DNA of 64,000 bases, taken from Verrucomicrobiota bacterium. GTDB lineage: Bacteria; Verrucomicrobiota; Verrucomicrobiia; Limisphaerales; UBA9464. Position 1 is the first letter of the stretch. Every line of letters starts with the position of its first letter. The position numbers and the translations under genes are program-made. The stretch covers positions 101,812 to 165,811 of the forward strand of contig JAXMHR010000011.1 in NCBI GenBank assembly GCA_046346705.1. The letters are read 5' to 3'. Shown here one piece after another: positions 24,262 to 34,600 of the stretch. The notes below the pieces were generated by a model. The model had not been told where the DNA came from. It saw only the letters and a list, made by a program, of their open reading frames with translations, and made no database searches.

Positions 24262-25482
24262 ATGTCCTCACTTCCCAATTCCGAATTCATCATTGTGGGC
24301 GGCGGCGCCGTCGGTGTCGGTTGCGCCTATGCCCTGGCCAAGGCGGGCAGGACCGACGTCCTCGTCTTGGAGCGGGCGGACGAGGTCGGGTCCGTGACCA
24401 CGTCGCAGGGGGCGGGTTTGTGTGGGCAGGTCCGGGACTCTGCTGATCGGATCCGGCTGGCCATGCACTCGGTGGCGACCTTCCGGGAGTTGCAGGCGTC
24501 GGCGGTGAAGCCCGACTGGAATGAAGTGGGATCCATCCGCGTGGCGCTGAGCGCGCGCCGGACCGAGGAATTTCAGCGTCTGAAGGCGGCGGCTGACGCG
24601 GCGGGACTCGACGCGGAGTTGATTGATCGCGCGGAGGCAAAGCGCCGTTGGCCCCTCATGGATTTTTCCACGGCGACCAGCGTGTTGTGGTGTCCGAGCG
24701 ACGGCTACATGACGCCCCGGTGTGTGGCGGCGTCCTATCGCCACAATGCCGCACGGCTGGGGGTGAAGTTTGCGACGGCTACGGCGCTGGAGGAAATCCA
24801 ACTCCGGAATGGACGGGTTTCCGGTGTCCGGACCAACCGGGGAACGGCGGAGTGCCGCTACCTGATCAATTCCGCGGGGGCCAACGCGTATCATGTGGCC
24901 CGCATGGCCGGGTTGGAGTTGCCGATTTTCCCGGTGCGTCACGAGTACTATGTGACCGTGCCGATGGCGGGGTTGACCGCGGATCTCCCCTGTTTCCGCA
25001 TTCCCGAATTGACGCTCTATGGACGGGTCCGCGACGCCGGTCTTCTCCTCGGCGGATGGGAACCGAAATCGCTGAGCCAGGATCCCCAGAGTTATTCGCC
25101 GGACAATGAGCCGCCTCCCGTGGTCACCGACTGGCCCGTGCTGGATTCCTTTGAGACGTCGTTTCGGGCGTTGTTCCCCACGGCGGAACCCGCGCAGAAG
25201 AGCTGGGTGGGGAAGGGGTGGCCGACCTTCACGCCGGATGGACGGTTTCTCATTGGCGAAAGTTCCCGGGTTCCGGGATTCGTGATGGCCGGTGGGTGCA
25301 ATGCGCACGGAATTTCAGGTTCGGGCGGCATTGGGAAACTGCTGGTGGAATCGCTGCTGGATCCAAATCCGGGCGAGTACGTCCGCAGTCTGAGTCCGGA
25401 CCGTTTTACTAAACGTTCGATCAACTGGTCCGAAGCCCGCCGTCAGGCCGCGCACGTGTACGAGACATACTATGGAGTCTGA
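24262..25482 (+). CDS. FAD-dependent oxidoreductase (DAO / sarcosine-oxidase-beta-like)
   Basis: FIIVGGGAVGVGCAYALAKAG...VLVLER dinucleotide fold and DAO-family length. Confidence 0.75.
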   Translation: MSSLPNSEFIIVGGGAVGVGCAYALAKAGRTDVLVLERADEVGSVTTSQGAGLCGQVRDSADRIRLAMHSVATFRELQASAVKPDWNEVGSIRVALSARRTEEFQRLKAAADAAGLDAELIDRAEAKRRWPLMDFSTATSVLWCPSDGYMTPRCVAASYRHNAARLGVKFATATALEEIQLRNGRVSGVRTNRGTAECRYLINSAGANAYHVARMAGLELPIFPVRHEYYVTVPMAGLTADLPCFRIPELTLYGRVRDAGLLLGGWEPKSLSQDPQSYSPDNEPPPVVTDWPVLDSFETSFRALFPTAEPAQKSWVGKGWPTFTPDGRFLIGESSRVPGFVMAGGCNAHGISGSGGIGKLLVESLLDPNPGEYVRSLSPDRFTKRSINWSEARRQAAHVYETYYGV

Positions 25483-25758
25483 GCGGAGGGATGGTGGTCG
25501 GGTGCTTCCGGGTCGAAGGCAGGTGGACGCCTGAATCCTCGGCGCGCCCGACGTGCGATTACCGGTGTGGGTGGTGCCAGTTCTGGTTTCTGGAAGCCGC
25601 TGCGCGGGGCAAGGACTGGCCGGCAATCGCCAAGAGTTGGTTGGAGCCGATCCTCCAAATCCGTTGCCCTGTTCCTGCCGGCGGATGAAGGCAGCCCCAG
25701 TGGGGATTGTGTTTCAGGCTGCCGAAGCAGAATCAACAACCTCAGACCCATCCATTCC

Positions 25759-26415
25759 ATGAACGTCGCCAGAATTCTTCCTTTCGTTTCGCTCTTCGGG
25801 CTCTCCGCTGCCTTGCCTTTCTCCAACCTGGCGGAATGTAATCTCGCCTTGGGAAAACCCGTGTCCTTGACCGGCTATTTTGGAGTCGGTAGCGGCTATT
25901 TCGGGGCCAATAATCCGCCCTATGTCGGAGTGCCGGATCTGCCTCCCGCCAAGATCGTCACCGACGGAATCATCCAGGGGAATTGGACCCAGGGGGTGTG
26001 GTGGGACGAGCAGTACAACGACCAGCACGGCCTGGGGACGCACAACTATGTCACGGTCGATTTGCAAGGGACGTTCCAGGTTCAGAAATTCGACCTCGCG
26101 GTGGATGAGAACGACCGCTACCTGCTGGAGGTTCGGGACGCCGGGGGGAATTGGACCGTGGCGTGGGATGTTCCCATCCTCGGCCACGAGCGCAGTCTTA
26201 CCCTGGCCACGCCGATAGAAGCCACGGCGGTTCGCCTTTCCGGCTACACGCTTCCGAATGTCCCCGGGACGGACTACGCCTACAGCGTTTCCGAGATCAA
26301 GGTGTCCTGCGTGCCGGAGCCCTCGTCCTACGCCTTCGTGTTCGGCCTGGTTCTGCTCGGGGGAGGCGTCGTCCGGCGGTACGGCGTCCGGACCTCGCGG
26401 CGTCCGTTGAATTGA
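25759..26415 (+). CDS. PEP-CTERM protein with discoidin/F5-8 type C-like domain
   Basis: Start chosen at MNVARILPFVSLFGLSAALP (signal peptide). C-terminal VPEPSSYAFVFGLVLLGGGVVRR is a PEP-CTERM sorting signal. Confidence 0.75.
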   Translation: MNVARILPFVSLFGLSAALPFSNLAECNLALGKPVSLTGYFGVGSGYFGANNPPYVGVPDLPPAKIVTDGIIQGNWTQGVWWDEQYNDQHGLGTHNYVTVDLQGTFQVQKFDLAVDENDRYLLEVRDAGGNWTVAWDVPILGHERSLTLATPIEATAVRLSGYTLPNVPGTDYAYSVSEIKVSCVPEPSSYAFVFGLVLLGGGVVRRYGVRTSRRPLN

Positions 26416-26475
26416 GGGACCCTTCCGCGCTGGCCGTCTGTTTTTCACCAGGACCCGAAGAACTGCCAGGGGTGG

Positions 26476-26498
26476 ACGAGGGGTCTCCGACCCCTCGT
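26476..26498. terminator. perfect 10-bp hairpin between convergent genes (possible bidirectional terminator)
   Basis: ACGAGGGGTC-tcc-GACCCCTCGT. No clear U-tract follows. Confidence 0.4.
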
Positions 26499-26537
26499 GA
26501 AGCCTGAACCTGGTGAATGCAGGCCGGGCGTGCCCCT

Positions 26538-27299
26538 TCATTTTTTCGGGGGCAGCGGACTGAGCGGGATTGAGGGATTATTCTGTGCGAAATAGTTGAG
26601 GGACCATTCGGTCGGAAAGAGCGCCACGGGGTTCTTGTCGCCGTCATGGGCGATGCGGCTTCCGGTCGGCAGGGAAAGGGCGTCCAGGTCCTCTGGACCG
26701 AGGCTCGTCGGGAGCCAGCGCACGGCCTGAAACGGCGCCGACTCGCGGCGGGTCTCGGCATTGTACTCGGTTTCCAGCCGGTATTGGAGCACCTCAAACT
26801 GCAGCGGACCCACGGCGGCCAACAGGGGGACCCGACTGGCGGTGTCCTTGAGGTGGAACGCCTGGGCGACTCCCTCGAGGAGAAGTTGGTCGAGACCCTG
26901 TCGGAACTGCTTGTACTTTGCGGTATTGGGATTGTGGAAGTATTCGAAGACCTCCGGGGTGAACCGCGGGATCTCGTCGTAACAGATCGCCGGATCGGTG
27001 GTGAGCGTGTCGCCAATCCCAAAGCCGTCATGTCCGACCAGGCCGATGATGTCTCCGGGGAACGCCTGATCGACGGTCTCGCGCTCGTTTCCGAACAGCT
27101 TGTGGGAGGAACTCAGGCGGACCTTGCGTCCGGACTGCACATGAGTGACGACCATGTCCCGCTCGAAACGGCCGCTGACCACCCGGACAAAGGCGATGCG
27201 GTCGCGATGCTTCGGATCCATGTTGGCCTGGATCTTGAAGATGAATCCGGAAAACGCGGGGTGTTCCGGGGTGATCAGCGGGGATTCGGAAACGCTCAC
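26538..27299 (-). pseudogene. prfC: peptide chain release factor 3 fragment (domains II-C only; GTPase domain missing)
   Basis: FSGFIFKIQANMDPKHRDRIAFVRVVSGRFERDM...PGDIIGL...GPLQFEVLQYRLETEYN matches the RF3 C-terminal half, roughly from residue 275 of E. coli PrfC. The ORF starts at a GTG. The in-frame upstream sequence (...RPSCIPSSPASAHRGPGAPLSF) is not G-domain-like, and only 114 nt separate it from the next gene. Confidence 0.7.
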
Positions 27300-27413
27300 A
27301 AATGATAATGGGGCACCGGGGCCTCGGTGGGCAGACGCCGGTGAGGAAGGAATACACGAAGGGCGCCTTCCGGCCGAGGTCTTTTGAGAGATCTGCGACG
27401 GGGGGCGGCGGGT

Positions 27414-28436
27414 CTATTTCAGGAAACTCCGGGCTTCGTTCACGACGCGTTCCCATTGGAAGGCGGGACCCGGATCCACCTTGTTGGTCTGGACGTGGTA
27501 GTGCCCAAGGATCCCCTGATAGTGGGCCAGGGTCGCTTCGGGAAGTGCGTGAGTCATCACGGAGCCGTCCGGTTCCCGGGGATAGTCGCAGGGGAGTTTT
27601 GGGAATACCCGGCACAGGGTGGCCGTCAGCCGGGCGAGGGCCCGGTACTGTTGCGGGGTGAAGTCGTACTGGATGAGTTCCTCGTCCTGGATCCGTCCGG
27701 TGACCGGTTCCGGACGCGCCGGATGTCCGACAAAATTCGGCGTCCGTATTTCCGGGTTTCCCGCCCATTCCGGGAAGACCAGCTTCATGCCGTCCCCGTC
27801 GGGGACATACCAGGATTCCAACGTGCGACGCTGGGCGATCGGAACCGCGCCGATGGCGGCAATTTCGATCCCGATGGCCCGCGTGTTGGATGAGGTCGCA
27901 TGCCACGCGCGTTCCTTGAGGTCCAGCGTCTGGTAGAGGGTGCCGTCCACATCGAGCATGAAATGGACGCTCAATCCGCGCTGGTCATGGAGCACTTCGA
28001 AACAGCGTCGGCTGGATCCGCTGGCGTCGTAGTGGAGGACAAACTGGTCCACCACGCCCTGAAGCTCGGGCAATGACCAGCCGCCACCGCGGAGGTGTTC
28101 GAGTTGGTTCGTGGACAATCCGTCGCGCCGAAGTCCGTAGCGGTTCGGGGTTGCGAGGGACGGCTGTTCGAGGTGGGACTGATCCCAGCTGCTTCGGTCG
28201 TAGGGAGCGAAGCGGCGTTCCACCCGGTATCCGTCGTAGCCGCCGGGGTCGGTCCAAAGCACCACCGGTGTTCCGGTGTGGAAGAGCTGACCGGCGGCCA
28301 TGATTTCGTCCCCGGTGCGGGGCAGTGGTTGCCCGGGATGCGGGGGGGAGGCGCATCCGGCGAGCCACGCGGCTGCCACGACTCCCCAGAGTGGGGACGA
28401 CTTCCGGGGGCTTGGGCTCGAGTTTGTCGTTGGCAC
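27414..28436 (-). CDS. N-acetylmuramoyl-L-alanine amidase (Amidase_2/PGRP fold) lipoprotein
   Basis: Lipobox AAAWLAGCAS. FVLHYDASGS, VHFMLDVDGTLYQTLDLKERAWHA, NTRAIGIEI and HYHVQTNKVDPGP are amidase_2 motifs. Confidence 0.75.
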   Translation of the reverse strand: MPTTNSSPSPRKSSPLWGVVAAAWLAGCASPPHPGQPLPRTGDEIMAAGQLFHTGTPVVLWTDPGGYDGYRVERRFAPYDRSSWDQSHLEQPSLATPNRYGLRRDGLSTNQLEHLRGGGWSLPELQGVVDQFVLHYDASGSSRRCFEVLHDQRGLSVHFMLDVDGTLYQTLDLKERAWHATSSNTRAIGIEIAAIGAVPIAQRRTLESWYVPDGDGMKLVFPEWAGNPEIRTPNFVGHPARPEPVTGRIQDEELIQYDFTPQQYRALARLTATLCRVFPKLPCDYPREPDGSVMTHALPEATLAHYQGILGHYHVQTNKVDPGPAFQWERVVNEARSFLK

Positions 28437-28535
28437 GGGACCATTCCGCGGGAGGTCCCGCGGGCCGTCAATCGTTCATCCACGCAACGCTGCGGACTGG
28501 CTGGGTCCGGGGGAGGTCGTCTAGACTGCGTCCCG

Positions 28536-29309
28536 ATGAAACGGACATGGATGGTGGTGATCGGTCTGATGATTGGCGTGTCGGGCCGGGCAGAGATTCG
28601 AATGGACCGGGTGGAATACCGGGACGGTGCCGCGACGCTGGAGGGACTCGCCGTGTACGACGACGCGAAGTCGGGTCCGCGTCCGGGAGTGGTGGTGGTC
28701 CACCAATGGCGGGGACTTGGCGACTATGAGCGGAAGCGTGCGGAGATGCTGGCCCAGCTCGGCTATGTGGCTTTCTGTGCCGACATTTATGGCAAGGGAG
28801 TCCGGGCGCAGACCGTGGAGGAGGCGGGGAAGCTGGCGGGGCAGTACAAGGGTGACCGGGCATTGCTGCGGAGTCGGGTCCGAGCGGCCCTCGGTCAGTT
28901 GAAAGCGTTGCCGCAGTGCGATCCGGCTCGGACGGCGGCGTTGGGATACTGTTTCGGGGGGACGACCGTTCTGGAGCTGGCCCGCAGTGGTGCGGAAACG
29001 CTCGGGGTGGTCAGCTTCCATGGCGGTCTGGCAACGCCCACTCCGGCGGATGCGAAACAAAGCAAGGCACGGATCCTTGCCCTGCATGGTGCCGACGATC
29101 CGTTCGTTCCGGCGACCGAGGTGGCGGGATTTGAACAGGAGATGCGCGATGCCGGAGTGGACTGGCAGCTGGTCGCCTATGGCGGCGCGGTGCACAGCTT
29201 CACCGATTGGAATGCGACCGGTGCGATGAAGGGGGCGCAGTACAACGAGAAGGCGGACCGTCGCTCGTGGGAGGCGATGCGGGATTTTCTCGTGGAGATT
29301 TTCCGCTGA
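28536..29309 (+). CDS. dienelactone hydrolase family protein, secreted
   Basis: Start at MKRTWMVVIGLMIGVSGRA. Contains LGYCFGG (nucleophile elbow), LHGADDPFVP and GAVHSF. Confidence 0.8.
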   Translation: MKRTWMVVIGLMIGVSGRAEIRMDRVEYRDGAATLEGLAVYDDAKSGPRPGVVVVHQWRGLGDYERKRAEMLAQLGYVAFCADIYGKGVRAQTVEEAGKLAGQYKGDRALLRSRVRAALGQLKALPQCDPARTAALGYCFGGTTVLELARSGAETLGVVSFHGGLATPTPADAKQSKARILALHGADDPFVPATEVAGFEQEMRDAGVDWQLVAYGGAVHSFTDWNATGAMKGAQYNEKADRRSWEAMRDFLVEIFR

Positions 29310-29384
29310 TCCCCGCTGTCTGACGCATGGGCGGGCTTTCGGAACCCGGCAGTCGGGGCTTGATGGAGGCGGGGGGACCTGCGG

Positions 29385-29834
29385 ATGGTGCGTGCCGCCA
29401 TGGACGCGCTTCAATCCCTGCTCTGGCACGACGGCAAGTTTCTCGGAATCGAGTGGCACCTGTGGAAGGTCATCGGCTGGGCGGGCAACGTCGCGTTCAC
29501 GTCCCGCTTTCTCGTGCAATGGTACGCCACGGAGAAGCGGAAGGAGGTCATCGTACCGGCGTCCTTCTGGTGGCTGAGCCTGGCGGGATCCTGGTTGTTG
29601 CTTTCCTACGCCATCTTCTCCGCGAAGAATTCCGTCTTCATCTTCGCCAACGCGTTCAACTGGATTCCCTACCTGCGAAACCTGGTGATCCATCGGCGCC
29701 ATCTCCGGGCGCATCAAACCTGCGTGGCCTGCTCCCGGGTGAATCCGCCGCCGGCGGATTTTTGCATGCACTGTGGCGCTCGCCTGGTCACGGGACCCGG
29801 AACCGCCGGGGCCGCGGCGGGAGAATCCGCCTAG
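29385..29834 (+). CDS. lipid-A-disaccharide synthase N-terminal (LAB_N) domain membrane protein with C-terminal zinc-ribbon-like CxxC...CxxC
   Basis: WKVIGWAGNVAFTSRFLVQWYATEKRKEVIVPASFWWLSLAGSWLLLSYAI is LAB_N-like. The tail reads CVACSRVNPPPADFCMHCGARL. Confidence 0.6.
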   Translation: MVRAAMDALQSLLWHDGKFLGIEWHLWKVIGWAGNVAFTSRFLVQWYATEKRKEVIVPASFWWLSLAGSWLLLSYAIFSAKNSVFIFANAFNWIPYLRNLVIHRRHLRAHQTCVACSRVNPPPADFCMHCGARLVTGPGTAGAAAGESA

Positions 29835-30190
29835 GGCTGGGCCGGGGTCGGGGCGTTGGTGGGCGGCAGCGCCGGGAGCCCGAAATGAGCCAGAACATTG
29901 CTGGCGTAGTCGGGATGTAGCCCGCCGACTTGTTGAAAGCGGGGCACCAACTGGAGTTCCGGAGCCACCGACGCCTCGGCCTGGGCGACCATCTCGCTCT
30001 GAGCAATGATCTGGTAGCGGAGCAGCTTGGTCTGCCGATACATGAAGAGAAACAATCCGCCCGTGGTAATGATCAGGCCGAGCAGCAGCAGTCGGACGAC
30101 CCCGCGCAATTCAGCAACCTTGCGGTCCAGGCGCACCAGTTCCGCGGGAATATCCGACGGGTTGGAGGAGAAATCGCTGGAATCACTCAT
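29831..30190 (-). CDS. small single-pass membrane protein (119 aa)
   Basis: MSDSSDF... with TM LLLLGLIITTGGLFLFMY. Its ATG overlaps the stop of the upstream small ORF (ATGA at 30187-30190). Confidence 0.5.
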   Translation of the reverse strand: MSDSSDFSSNPSDIPAELVRLDRKVAELRGVVRLLLLGLIITTGGLFLFMYRQTKLLRYQIIAQSEMVAQAEASVAPELQLVPRFQQVGGLHPDYASNVLAHFGLPALPPTNAPTPAQP

Positions 30191-30519
30191 GGTTTGGACG
30201 GGGTGCTCCGGTTGCGGGCTCCGGTTCGGGTTTGAACCGCGGAAGGGGCCGGCGGGTTGGATGCGGGGGTGATCCGGAGTCCGGCCGCGGCCAGCGCGGG
30301 AAGGAGGGCCGGATTGGTGCGGGTGGCGTACGCGACGCTTTCGTTGACGAGGCCGTTGAAGTTTTGCTGGTTCGCGTTGGCCTGCAGATAGCGCCTCACC
30401 TGCCGGCTGTTCAGCACCGTCAGGTAAATGTGCAATGCAGTAAGCGCTGCGAGGGCGACGGCCAGCATCAACTGGATGGCGGCCAGCGCGGGAAGAAGCG
30501 ACGGGCGTCGTGGATCCAC
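30187..30519 (-). CDS. small single-pass membrane protein (110 aa)
   Basis: TM AAIQLMLAVALAALTALHIYL. Translationally coupled to the next small ORF and divergent from hemB. Confidence 0.45.
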   Translation of the reverse strand: MDPRRPSLLPALAAIQLMLAVALAALTALHIYLTVLNSRQVRRYLQANANQQNFNGLVNESVAYATRTNPALLPALAAAGLRITPASNPPAPSAVQTRTGARNRSTPSKP

Positions 30520-30639
30520 AGGCGGAGGCTACGATTCCCGACTCCATTTCCAAGTTGAACTTTGATCCCGGTCCGGGCGCCGGGCTGCAGGGAGATTGCG
30601 GTTTTCCGAGCTTCCTGTCGGCGGTATGCTGAATCCCTG

Positions 30640-31650
30640 ATGAAACCCTCATCGCTTCTGCGGCGCCCCCGGAGACTCCGAAGGACCCCGGCGATTCGCG
30701 CCCTGGTGGAGGAGACGCGTGTCGGTCCCGCGGATCTTATCGCGCCGCTTTTTGTCCGCGAGGGAACCGGGGACCCGGAACCGGTCGGTTCCATGCCGGG
30801 AATCGTGCGCTGGCCCATGGATCGGTTGATCGTGGAGGCCCGGGAGTTGGCCTCCCTTGGGATTCCGGGAGTGGCTTTGTTTCCGGTGACGGACCCCGCG
30901 CTCAAGGATCCCCGGGGGACCGCTGCCCTGGACCCCGCAGGGTTGGTGCCCCGGGCGGTCCGGGCCCTCAAGGCCGCGGTTCCGGAGTTGCTGGTGTTCA
31001 CCGACCTGGCGCTCGATCCGTTCACCAGCCATGGGCATGACGGGATCCTGACGGAGGACGGGGCAGACGTGGACAATGATCCGACGGTTGCGGTCCTGGC
31101 CGAGATGGCGGTGCTTCACGCCCGGGCTGGAGCGGACTTCGTGGCGCCGAGCGACATGATGGATGGACGGGTCCGCGCCGTGCGGATGGCGCTCGATGCC
31201 GCAGGATTTCATGGGACGGGCATCCTGGCCTACGCGGCGAAGTTTGCGTCGGCGTACTACGGTCCGTTCCGGGATGCGGTGGGCAGTGCCTCGGCTGCGG
31301 GAACCCGGTCCCTGGACAAACGGACCTATCAGTTGAATCCGGCCAACCGACGGGAAGCGGTGGAGGACGCCCTGCTGGATGAGTCGGAAGGTGCGGATCT
31401 CCTAATGGTCAAGCCCGCGGGACCCTACCTGGATGTGCTGGCGGAACTTCGTCGGACAACCCGATTGCCGCTGGCCGCATATCAGGTGAGCGGCGAATAC
31501 GCCCAACTGCAGGCGGCCGCGCGGCTCGGCTGGCTCGATCTTGCGAAAACCCGCGACGAGTCCCTGCTCGCCATCAAGCGCGCGGGGGCGGACGTCATCC
31601 TCACGTATTTCGCCCGCGAGTTGGCCGAGGCGCACCGCGGGCGGCACTGA
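30640..31650 (+). CDS. hemB: porphobilinogen synthase (delta-aminolevulinate dehydratase), Asp-rich (Mg-type) metal site
   Basis: MKPSSLLRRPRRLRRTPAIRALVEETRVGPADLIAPLFVREG and DLALDPFTSHGHDGIL (Asp in place of the Zn-binding Cys residues). Length is 336 aa. Confidence 0.9.
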   Translation: MKPSSLLRRPRRLRRTPAIRALVEETRVGPADLIAPLFVREGTGDPEPVGSMPGIVRWPMDRLIVEARELASLGIPGVALFPVTDPALKDPRGTAALDPAGLVPRAVRALKAAVPELLVFTDLALDPFTSHGHDGILTEDGADVDNDPTVAVLAEMAVLHARAGADFVAPSDMMDGRVRAVRMALDAAGFHGTGILAYAAKFASAYYGPFRDAVGSASAAGTRSLDKRTYQLNPANRREAVEDALLDESEGADLLMVKPAGPYLDVLAELRRTTRLPLAAYQVSGEYAQLQAAARLGWLDLAKTRDESLLAIKRAGADVILTYFARELAEAHRGRH

Positions 31651-31693
31651 CTGTTTCCGCGCGGGTTCGAAGCGGCGCTGGAGGCGGGCCGTT

Positions 31694-34600
31694 CTAGGGG
31701 ATGGCCGGAGTCAGGATCCTGAAGTAGCGATCTCCGTCGGACAATGTCCCGGCCGGGAGGGTGACGGTGCCATTGCTTTCTCGCGCGGGGACCTGTTGCG
31801 CGAGAGTCCATTCTTCGGCGGTAAGGCTCTTGCGGCGTTGGACGGTGTAGGTTCGTCCCGCCACGGCTTGAAAGCGAATGGACACCGTACCGTTGTCGGA
31901 CGCGAACGCCTCGACGGCCAGGCTGCTGGCGGCATTTTTCGGGTCAGTGCCCGCAAGGAACTCGTCGAGATTGGAGAATCCGTCCTGATCCGGATCGAGA
32001 CCGGAGTCATCGGTGCGCGGATCGAGTCCGTGCGCCGTTTCCCAGTCGTCCGGCATGCCGTCCGAATCGGAATCACCGGGCAGCCCGCCAATGCGATTGG
32101 GCGCCTCTGGGGTGGGCGTCACCGGGAAGGACGCCAGGATGTCGGCGCCATCGGGCAGGCGCCCCTCGGAAATTCCATGTCCCTGGGCACCGAAGCCGAG
32201 GGCGTCGAGCGTCAGGCCGGATCTTGCAAACAGACCGAGGGTGGATCCGTCCTTCGACAGTTTGAAGTCGGCGTGATTCCCGCCCGCAGCGGGCTTCTTG
32301 TCGGCGAAAACCTGAAGGTAACCGTCCCGTCCGGTCCCGATGAAGGACAGCGGGGGGAAGGGGGACTTTGCGATGTCAGCCAGGTCATCGGTGACGGCGA
32401 GTCCGTGGAGGGCGACGGGTGCGGCGTCGGGATTGAAGATCTCAAACCAATCGGAGCCGACGGCCGGGTCGGCCATCCATTCGTTCAGACGGAGGGACGT
32501 GGGCGAACCCAGTCCGGCGCGAAGATTCGCGGTGTCCGGCGCCGGAACCGTGAGTTCCCAGTCGCCACCTCCGTCCGGAACCCGGCCGACCCCGAAGTCC
32601 GCCGCCTGGAGTCCATAATGGAGCGCGTCCAGAACAGCGCCGCCTGCAGAACTTCGGTCGGAAAGGAACACGCTGCCCCCCCGGGCGGAAAGGCCGAAGC
32701 CGGTGTTGGTTCCGGACGCCGGCTGGGTCGCGTCGAAACGGATCGTCCGGAATCCCTTTGGAGGCAGCACCGGGCCATCGGGGAACTCCCACTTCCTGGG
32801 CGTTGCGGCGTCGTCACTAAGGGCGAGTCCCGTCAGGACGACGTCGTTGGTGCCGGGATTGTAGAGTTCGACCCACCCGGCCAGGTTCCCATCGGGGAGG
32901 GCGCGGGTTTGGTTTCGCGCGAACACTTCGTTCAGAACGACGACGGGCGCCGAGCCCGAGGTGGTGTTGGTGATGGATTCCAGTGCACCAAGGGCCATGG
33001 CAAACATCACGTCCGAACTGGAGCTGCCGGACTGATGGACCTCCACGGCGAGGACATTGTCCCCCTCGCGAAGGTGCGTCGCGGGAAGGGAAAGGACCTC
33101 CGCCTGCCCCTCGTCGGGTTGGAGGGTGGCGTCGCTGGTGTAGCGCGCGGGATTATCCGTAACACGGAGCGCACCGATCCGGAATCCGTTGAGGTAGTAC
33201 ACGGCACCGTCGTCCAGATAGTTGGTGGCGTGGAGGGTCCAGCCTGCTCCGGGCGCGGGTGCCTGGAAATGGGTCCGGAAATAGTACGTCTTGATGTGCG
33301 TGCCATTGGGGGCCGTGATAGGCAGCGGTGTCGCGATCCGGATCGGATAGGGGTAGGGCGTGCTGGTCTCAAGTCCCAAGGGAGCGGCTCCGGAGGACCA
33401 GGATCCATCCGCGAACTCCGGAGTCGTCCATGCGGAAGGCGCTTCGGTCAGGCCGGCGAGATACTTCCATTGGGTGCCGAAGCCAATGAGCGGTGTACTC
33501 ACGTAGGTGACGTTGGTCGATCCGCCGCCCCCCGAACCCGGATTCGGAGCCCCTGGAGTCGGTTCCCGGAACAGGGCAAATCGGTCCGCTCCGCTCGGAG
33601 TGCGTCCTTCGGAAACATCCGTCTGCTGGGGGCCATAGTTGATGGTGTCGATGGGGGTCAGCTCCGGGTCGGAGAGCTGAAGGATTCCCGACTCGGCGGC
33701 GAGCTTGAAGGGGAGGTGTCCCGGACGCCCCAGGTCATCGCCATCGGCACGCAGACTCAGGCAGCTTTCCGCTGCGATAAAGGATAGCGGAGGGAAAACA
33801 TAGCGATCCTGCATTCCGGCGGCGTCAGTGAGGTAAAGCCCGGCGAGCGAGACCGGACGGGAATCCGGGTTGTACAGCTCCACGAAATCGTCCGCATAGA
33901 GGAAGCGGGCGTTGGCGAGCCACTCATTGATTCGAAGCGTTTTTGGGGATCCGGTGGACACCGCGTGGTTGGGCGCGCCGAAGGTGGGGCGGCACAATCC
34001 CCATGAGCCGTCAGCGCGTCGTCCCAACGAGACGTCGGCCACCTGGAGTCCAAACGTCACGGAGTCCACCCGCTGGCCGCCTGCGGAGGCCGGTGCGGTC
34101 AGGAAAACAGAATCGCCCTCCTGTTTGAGCGCGAACCCGGTGTGAAGTCCGGGGGAGGCGGTGTCACTGTCGGCGAGCAGCACAAGGTACGTGCCGGGAT
34201 CCAGTCGGATTCCGTCGGGCAATCGGTACCGGTAGGGAAGGGATGCGTCGTCGGACAATCCGTAGCCGCCGAGATCGACGGCGGCTTGGCCGGAGTTCAC
34301 GAGTTCGATCAGGTCCGGGGTGGTTTCACCGCTGGTGAAGCTGGTGGTGTTTCGGGCAAGGACCTCGTTGATCCGCACCGTCGGGCCGGCGGGCGGAACG
34401 AAATTCGGGTCCACGGTCCATTCCGCAGTGGTGCTGACCGCCGCATCGTCCCCGAAGAGCGGGTCGTCCTGATAAAGTCCTGAATCGCGTCGGCCGGTCA
34501 CATCGACCCTGTGGTTTCCCGGGGTGAGGTTCGCGAGGATCAGGGATTCGGCGATGGGCGTTTCAACGCTCCAGGCGCCTCCGTCCAGCCGCCACCGATA

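Noticed and set aside
22599-24293. 564-aa minus-strand ORF
   Set aside because: It is antisense to the Rieske oxygenase gene, which has clear CRHRG/CPYHQW motifs. Its composition is Arg/Pro/Gly-rich with no motifs.
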